45,372 nucleotides of DNA from an uncultured virus (IMG/VR IMGVR_UViG_2061766007_002010) (taxonomy: Duplodnaviria > Heunggongvirae > Uroviricota > Caudoviricetes). Of the stretch, positions 40,144 to 45,372 are shown one piece after another (position 1 is the stretch's first letter; each line of letters opens with the position of its first letter). The position numbers and the translations under genes were made by a program. The DNA lies in IMG/VR virus record IMGVR_UViG_2061766007_002010, one strand, 5' to 3'. The notes beneath the pieces were generated by a model. That model was not told where the DNA came from. It saw only the letters and a program-made list of their open reading frames with translations, and did no database searches.

Positions 40144-40653
40144 TTAATGTTTTAAAAATTGATTGTAACTATTAATCATTGTTTTTTCTGTTATATTAGA
40201 TGGTTTTTTAGGTTTAAATAGTTTAAATATATATTCAAGCGTATTATTAATGCCGATAAATAATGTGCTAATAATAGTAAATAAAATTGAGAAAGATAAA
40301 ATAATAAAAATACCACCACTAAAAACTATAAAACTATACATGTATATCACAAAAATAAATCTATTTTCGCTACCAACTGTATATTTTTCACTTGCCATAA
40401 TAGACATGATTATAGAAATTACTGATATGCCCAAACTTATTGCAATAAATTTCCATGCAACATGATCAGGAGGAAGTACTTTTGCAAGTTCACCAAGTTC
40501 ACGAGGCTCCATATTTCCTGTAGCACAAATAATACTCATTATTAATATAACTACAGCAAATAAAGCCATAATGACGATGAAAGGCAGATATGGCATATCA
40601 TCCCAATTATCATCATATAATGCCTTTGCCAAACGTTTTAGAGGATTAAACAT
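40144..40653 (-). CDS. Multi-pass membrane protein (paralogue family)
   Basis: 3-4 TM helices; C-terminal MINSYNQFLKH. Confidence 0.65.
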   Translation of the reverse strand: MFNPLKRLAKALYDDNWDDMPYLPFIVIMALFAVVILIMSIICATGNMEPRELGELAKVLPPDHVAWKFIAISLGISVISIIMSIMASEKYTVGSENRFIFVIYMYSFIVFSGGIFIILSFSILFTIISTLFIGINNTLEYIFKLFKPKKPSNITEKTMINSYNQFLKH

Positions 40654-40806
40654 TTATATTTCCTTTATAAATTTTTCCATTAATTCTTTNNNNNNNNNNN
40701 NNNNNNNNNNNNNNNNNNNNNNNNNNNNNNNNNNNNNNNNNNNNNNAGTGCTTAGAATGAACCTCTTTAAGGTAATCATAAAGAGGTTCAAGTCTATTAA
40801 CGTCTC

Positions 40807-41418
40807 TCATCGAAACAGCTCCCTATAAAGCTCAGTGATAGGAGTATCGCTAGTAGGAGTCTTGTTCAACTGTCTATAAACCTGAGGACCAGGATATTGG
40901 TGAGTTTGTGTACGACGAGGCTGTGTTTGACGAGTAAGAATACCAGGATCCTTCAAAAGTTCAAGAACTTGGTTAGTCTGATGAACAGCGGTAGAAAGGT
41001 CCATTGGAGCACGAGGATCTTCGACCTGTTCCCTAACTACATGAACTTGACCATGAGAATACATACCATAACCAGTCTGACTCTGATAATTTTCATAAGC
41101 CGGATCAAAGGACTTAGCATTGTCAAGAATAGATGGAGGAGGCGGATTAATGAACCTATCAATATCCTTATATACCTTCGGCAACTTCTGGTTATACTTA
41201 CTAATCTGTTCTTCATCAAGATGATGCTTTTTCATCTTGAAATTCTTGATTCTCTTGCTGAGTCCAGAAAATGGCCACAAGAATAACAGAATTGGAGCAA
41301 AGATAATCGATAATATTGTATGATTTTCATAGGTGTTTTCAAAACCATCGCTTGTAATCAAAATCAAATTAGCGACCATCATGGCTATTAACCAAGTGTA
41401 GAGAATGAGTTGAATCAT
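40807..41418 (-). CDS. Membrane-anchored protein with Pro/Gln-rich tail
   Basis: Two N-terminal TM helices; KRIKNFKMKK...KLPKVYKDIDRF. Confidence 0.65.
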   Translation of the reverse strand: MIQLILYTWLIAMMVANLILITSDGFENTYENHTILSIIFAPILLFLWPFSGLSKRIKNFKMKKHHLDEEQISKYNQKLPKVYKDIDRFINPPPPSILDNAKSFDPAYENYQSQTGYGMYSHGQVHVVREQVEDPRAPMDLSTAVHQTNQVLELLKDPGILTRQTQPRRTQTHQYPGPQVYRQLNKTPTSDTPITELYRELFR

Positions 41419-41454
41419 GTGATTTATTCCTTTTTAAATTGTTTTACGATATAC

Positions 41455-41494
41455 AATATAGAAAAAAGAACCACTTTTGTAAATGGTTCTTTTT
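41455..41494 (-). promoter_or_regulatory. Early-type promoter TTTACA-N17-TATATT embedded in the pncB terminator
   Basis: Minus RNA AAAAAGAACCAUUU-ACAA-AAGUGGUUCUUUUUU; -35 at 41478-41483, -10 at 41455-41460. Confidence 0.8.
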
Positions 41495-41516
41495 AATTTT
41501 TATTTGGCAGTTACCA

Positions 41517-42740
41517 TTAGTCGTGTTCAACACGCCATTTAATGGCACGCTTTAAGAATTCATGGTATTCTTTACTCTTACCCATGAACTTGCCATCATC
41601 ATCAGATACCTTACAAACAGGAATACCGTTAACTTCAGTCAGCTTAATGACCTGATTCATCGGCTTGAACCAACCAGTATCATTAAGTAACCAAGTGCCG
41701 ATACCAAATGCAACCTTACAACGAAGGCTGAAACGCTGATAAATTACTTCTGCCTTTTCAAAATTCAAAGAATCAGAGAATAAGAGTGTTTTATCAGCAT
41801 ATGGCACACCAATCTTCATATAGTGTGCAAGCATTTTTTCACCCCAAGCAATTGGATCTGCAGAATCATGTCTTACACCACCATAGAGGCGTGCGAATTT
41901 TTCGTCAAAATCCTTTAAGAAGCAATCAGTTGTGATACAATCAGTCAAGTAAATACCGTTCTTGGTACCATATTCCTTAATCCAATGCTTCATCATGTAA
42001 AGATTGGAATACGCTGGGTTGTGCTGCGGCAAGCCCTGGCCGACGAGTTCGATAGCTTCATGAGCCATGGTTCCAATCGGCTTAGTACCAAGCAAGAAAC
42101 TAAAATAAACATTGGAAGTTCCAACGAACTTAGTTCCCGGGAACTGGAACTGCATAATATAACGAAGCGCCCATTCTTGGAATTCCTTACAGAATCTACG
42201 ACGGGTACCAAATTCAGAGAATGCGCCAATTTTGATTTCGCCCTTAATAAGCTTATCAACCTTAGCAATAAATTTCTTCTTGGCATCTTCGATAATCTGT
42301 TTCTGTTCTTCCGGAGTATAGCTCATACGGAACCAAACTTCAGAAACAATAGACATAACTGGAACTTCGTGATAAGAAACATCTACGTTATAACCGCGGA
42401 AATGAATTTCAGGTTGTTCTGTCTTTTCATCATAAACACAAGTAATTTCGTCGCGTTCAATAGTATATCTTTGAAGGAATCTTACATAGTCTTCTTTAAT
42501 ATGGTCAATTCGCTTGAAATTTTCCAATTCCCAAGGAGTATAACGAAGTTTAGCATAAAGGTCAATTTGATAATTGATTTCATCAATCATCGCANNNNNN
42601 NNNNNNNNNNNNNNNNNNNNNNNNNNNNNNNTCCATTCAACCTTCATGTCATGAAACTGATGTACGAACATCTGACCCATTGTGTACTTATAATAGTCAT
42701 TATCCGTAAGGTTAGTAATAATTTGTGGTAAATGTGCCAT
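41517..42740 (-). CDS. pncB: Nicotinate phosphoribosyltransferase
   Basis: TDNDYYKYTMGQ, SEFGTRRR, GTSNV, PIGTMAHE (phospho-His motif), GVRHDSADP, FSDSL, FGIGT, KVSDDDGK. Confidence 0.93.
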   Translation of the reverse strand: MAHLPQIITNLTDNDYYKYTMGQMFVHQFHDMKVEWXXXXXXXXXXXXXAMIDEINYQIDLYAKLRYTPWELENFKRIDHIKEDYVRFLQRYTIERDEITCVYDEKTEQPEIHFRGYNVDVSYHEVPVMSIVSEVWFRMSYTPEEQKQIIEDAKKKFIAKVDKLIKGEIKIGAFSEFGTRRRFCKEFQEWALRYIMQFQFPGTKFVGTSNVYFSFLLGTKPIGTMAHEAIELVGQGLPQHNPAYSNLYMMKHWIKEYGTKNGIYLTDCITTDCFLKDFDEKFARLYGGVRHDSADPIAWGEKMLAHYMKIGVPYADKTLLFSDSLNFEKAEVIYQRFSLRCKVAFGIGTWLLNDTGWFKPMNQVIKLTEVNGIPVCKVSDDDGKFMGKSKEYHEFLKRAIKWRVEHD

Positions 42741-42768
42741 TTTTTAATTTCCTTTTTAATTTAAACCA

Positions 42769-42797
42769 AATATAATAATTTTAAATGCTTTTGTAAA
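42769..42797 (-). promoter_or_regulatory. Early-type promoter TTTACA-N17-TATATT upstream of pncB
   Basis: GGGTTTACA...TATATT with a 17-bp spacer. Confidence 0.75.
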
Positions 42798-42799
42798 CC

Positions 42800-43018
42800 C
42801 TAGGCAGTCACATCGAATTTAATCATTGACATTAGTGTTCTAACAATAATATCCATATTTTCTTTTGTGACAGGTTTATTGATTTTTCTTAACACGTCTT
42901 CTGCTAATGAGTAGATTTGTTTTTCTGACGCACCGTCTGCTACTGCTACCAAATCTTTCCATGCTGTTGTTAAATCAATAAAATCTGATGTATTATATTT
43001 TTCTGGAATCTTATACAT
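42800..43018 (-). CDS. Hypothetical protein
   Basis: 72-aa ORF, last gene of the radical-SAM operon. Confidence 0.6.
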   Translation of the reverse strand: MYKIPEKYNTSDFIDLTTAWKDLVAVADGASEKQIYSLAEDVLRKINKPVTKENMDIIVRTLMSMIKFDVTA

Positions 43019-43019
43019 G

Positions 43020-43478
43020 TTATTTCCGCAATATGGTTATTTCTTTTTCATTTATTATGTTTTGTCTTAGGACATTAAATCCGTTTTTCTTTGCTACTTT
43101 TGCATAGTCTCGATAGTTGTCTGCAATAAAAATTTCTTTTCTTGGGATTACGTAACGATACCAAAGATTGTCGAGACAAAAGTTAGCAAAATAATTTGTT
43201 TTGTTACAGTCTATTATTTCAATTATTCCATCTTTTTTCAAATATTTAAAAAGACTNNNNNNNNNNNNNNNNNNNNNNNNNNNNNNNNNNNNNNNNNNNN
43301 NNNNNNNNNNNNNNNNNNNNNNNNNNNNNNNNNNNNNNNNNNNNNNNTTTTCTTTAATAATGTAATCTAGTTGTGGTAATCCAGTAATATCTGCGGTTTT
43401 ATAACCTTTTGCTGGATTATAACCAGAACCTATATCAATGCATAGGTTTTGAGTCGATGAAATCCTTGAGTGCTTCAT
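43020..43478 (-). CDS. Class I SAM-dependent methyltransferase-like protein (central gap)
   Basis: Motif I-like CIDIGSGYNPAKGYKTADI and post-motif LFKYLKKDGIIEII. Confidence 0.65.
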   Translation of the reverse strand: MKHSRISSTQNLCIDIGSGYNPAKGYKTADITGLPQLDYIIKEXXXXXXXXXXXXXXXXXXXXXXXXXXXXXXXSLFKYLKKDGIIEIIDCNKTNYFANFCLDNLWYRYVIPRKEIFIADNYRDYAKVAKKNGFNVLRQNIINEKEITILRK

Positions 43479-44277
43479 AGTCTAAGTCCTCATAATCGGC
43501 AGAACTATAAGTTTTATTTAATTCAGAATTTCCAATCTTTTTACAATATTGCTCCCATTTACAGAAATTTCCAACAGGAGTAATAATAATATCGGTCGCA
43601 TCATAACCAGTATAATTGCCGAACACACCGAATTGATGACTTTCACCTGCTTCGTCTTTCCAGATATAGTCATAAAAATTACAACCATCATCTTTGACCT
43701 TGGATGTTCCCATCTTGTCTTGGAAATCGAAATCAGAGTAACGACCCATTAAATCTTCACAGACAACCACATAAAAATTGTCTATAAGACATGCCTTTAA
43801 AAGTTCAACAAGTTTATCACCTGTGCTTTCTTTACACTTAGGAATATTTAATCTTGTATTTGGAATGTATTTCTTACAAAGCAATGCTTGGTCACGACGT
43901 CTTGCATACTGTTCAATAGAAGAAACAGAAATTGCAACTTCAGTCAAACCAGCTTCAGCATAAGATTTAATTCTTTCCTCATCCAAAAGAATACCATTAG
44001 TTACTAAGCAGACATCTTCAGAAACATGTGCTCTTACTGCTCTAATAATATCTGGTAAATCTTTTCTAATTGTAGACTCACCGCCCATAATTGTAGCACG
44101 TTTGAGAATACCAACTTTATCCATTGTAGAAATGGCTTTAGTCATGTCAAGTTGCAATGGTTCCTTTAACGGTTGATAACAGAAATAACAGTTACCATGA
44201 GGACCAGTAGACTCATTCATGTTACAATTAAGGTTAGTGATAACCCTATATCTGAATATGCTTTTCTTTACAGCCAT
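43435..44277 (-). CDS. Radical SAM enzyme with atypical CX11CX2C motif
   Basis: TNLNCNMNESTGPHGNCYFC, TIMGGESTIRKDL, LVTNGILL, AGLTEVAISV (MoaA-like core). Confidence 0.85.
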   Translation of the reverse strand: MAVKKSIFRYRVITNLNCNMNESTGPHGNCYFCYQPLKEPLQLDMTKAISTMDKVGILKRATIMGGESTIRKDLPDIIRAVRAHVSEDVCLVTNGILLDEERIKSYAEAGLTEVAISVSSIEQYARRRDQALLCKKYIPNTRLNIPKCKESTGDKLVELLKACLIDNFYVVVCEDLMGRYSDFDFQDKMGTSKVKDDGCNFYDYIWKDEAGESHQFGVFGNYTGYDATDIIITPVGNFCKWEQYCKKIGNSELNKTYSSADYEDLDYEALKDFIDSKPMH

Positions 44278-45068
44278 TAGACTAAATTAATTCCTTCAAT
44301 GACGCCATCGCCCATTCCATTGGCTTCAGAGACTTCATTCTTATTAATAGGAGAGAGTTTAATGAAGAAATGTTCCTTATCAAAATACTTTTCAAGAAGA
44401 TTTAAATCAAAGTCGTTTTCGTCGACAAGAGTCATATTAACAGTTGTCTTTAAATTAGACTCTGTTCTAATCTGACCAAGTTCTTCAAGTGTCATTTTGT
44501 TCTTATAAGGAATTAACCAATTTCTATGGTCTTCATCAAAAGAATGCAAAGAAATCTGAAGAGTAACATTGCCCTTAATCCAGGAGAAATCAGTTCCCTT
44601 TACACCGATGGTAGAAACATAAATATGAACATTCGGGTATTTTTCCTGCAAGATTTTTGCTGCTCTTTGAACTTCTTCCCAGTTCAATGCAGGTTCACCC
44701 ATTCTGGTCATATTGACCTTAAATTCTTTACACTTATTAGTATCGATTTCAGGATGAAGATTTCTAATCCAGTCAACCTGTTCAACCATTTCTTCTGCGG
44801 TCAAATTGCGATACTTTGCTTTCATATTGCCCGTTGCACAGAATTTACAACGAACAGGACAACCTGACATGCAAGAAATACCAATCATCCAGCGTTCCGT
44901 TCTATCGCCAAGCTCATAGTTATTGAGCTTGTTCTGCTTCTTACCGATTGCATCTTTGGTATAGAAGGGAAGGAACGTATCTGTAGATTCAATCAGTTTA
45001 CCGTCTTCTAATGCAAAACAATAAACCGAGCCGTTTGCAAAATCACGATGTTTCTTTTCTATAAGCAT
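44277..45068 (-). CDS. RlmN/Cfr-like radical SAM protein lacking the C-terminal AACGQL segment
   Basis: ISCMSGCPVRCKFCATG, RNLTAEEMVEQV, RMGEP, VSTIG, LQISLHS..E..RNWLIP, KLSPIN. Ends without the second catalytic Cys motif. Confidence 0.85.
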   Translation of the reverse strand: MLIEKKHRDFANGSVYCFALEDGKLIESTDTFLPFYTKDAIGKKQNKLNNYELGDRTERWMIGISCMSGCPVRCKFCATGNMKAKYRNLTAEEMVEQVDWIRNLHPEIDTNKCKEFKVNMTRMGEPALNWEEVQRAAKILQEKYPNVHIYVSTIGVKGTDFSWIKGNVTLQISLHSFDEDHRNWLIPYKNKMTLEELGQIRTESNLKTTVNMTLVDENDFDLNLLEKYFDKEHFFIKLSPINKNEVSEANGMGDGVIEGINLV

Positions 45069-45082
45069 GCCAGGTTTTCCTT

Positions 45083-45220
45083 TTACTTTGTTTCGTTTTG
45101 AACTTCAAGAATAGTAGCAAGTTGGCCACATGCGGCCTGTGCCTTGCGTTCTGCTTCTGTTGCAATGGCTACTGCATAATCATAGCCTGCATGTTCAAGT
45201 TGTGCTTTGATTTTATCCAT
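45083..45220 (-). CDS. 45-aa ORF carrying the RlmN/Cfr C-terminal catalytic motif (not in the ORF track)
   Basis: GAGG RBS; MDKIKAQLEHAGYDYAVAIATEAERKAQAACGQLATILEVQNETK*. Fills the space between pncA and the RlmN-like gene. Confidence 0.85.
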   Translation of the reverse strand: MDKIKAQLEHAGYDYAVAIATEAERKAQAACGQLATILEVQNETK

Positions 45221-45231
45221 TTTTTACCTCA

Positions 45232-45372
45232 TTATTCAATGTCAATCTGACAGCTCTGCATGACTTTGAGTGCTGCTTCATGCAATTCAGGTGTAACGCC
45301 CGCGCAACAATCCTTTACAACGGTAATCTTCATGTTCGGGAACATTGCTCTAAGGATAAGGGCGTTAGAAAT
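45232..45372 (-). CDS. pncA: 3' end of an isochorismatase-family cysteine hydrolase, probably nicotinamidase
   Basis: ISNALILRAMFPNMKITVVKDCCAGVTPELHEAALKVMQSCQIDIE* is a typical cysteine-hydrolase C-terminus. The NAD salvage context suggests PncA. Confidence 0.7.
   Translation of the reverse strand: MSNALILRAMFPNMKITVVKDCCAGVTPELHEAALKVMQSCQIDIE

Noticed and set aside
45069..45085. Read-through or frameshift fusing the 45-aa ORF to the RlmN-like gene as one permuted polypeptide
   Set aside because: The ORFs are in different frames, separated by a TAA and 14 nt with a separate AAGGA RBS. Recoding is not excluded, but nothing supports it.
1..45372. Alternative genetic code (stop-codon reassignment)
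   Set aside because: Long conserved genes read through intact in code 11, and genes end at TAA, TGA and TAG. Frame breaks coincide with N-gaps.

Overview
An AT-rich, gap-ridden (N-run) scaffold from a large T4-superfamily-like bacteriophage, probably of an anaerobic gut or rumen host. The host is an inference from the class III RNR and a Fibrobacter-style cadherin protein. 1-5 kb is a mosaic of interleaved cadherin-protein and nrdD pieces with two nrdD alleles, so the 1272-aa ORF is a gap artefact. It is followed by a PQ-loop/SemiSWEET gene, nrdG and two stand-alone gp23-like capsid-domain genes. 7.6-25.2 kb is a late region driven by TATAAATA promoters: candidate internal-head proteins, several repeat-rich tail-fibre/adhesin genes with paired chaperone-like genes, and an inverted DUF285/BspA gene. 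25.2-45.4 kb is a minus-strand region that begins with Hsp20 (behind a TATAAATA box). The rest lies under repeated TT(G/T)AC(A/G)-N17-TATATT promoters, several of them built inside terminator hairpins. It encodes a Nudix hydrolase, an Rnl2-type RNA ligase, a complete tmRNA (tag ANTYAMAA), a bacterial-PARG-type macrodomain, a PspA-like protein, paralogous membrane proteins and a deamidating NAD+ salvage set (pncA, pncB, pncC/cinA, nadE). Top observations: (1) an RlmN/Cfr-like radical-SAM methylase split in two, with its catalytic AACGQL C-terminus encoded upstream as a separate 45-aa ORF that the ORF track missed, in an operon with a CX11CX2C radical-SAM enzyme and a methyltransferase; (2) a Preiss-Handler-type phage NAD+ rebuilding route distinct from the described NARP1/NARP2; (3) short capsid-domain paralogues in a metabolic gene context.
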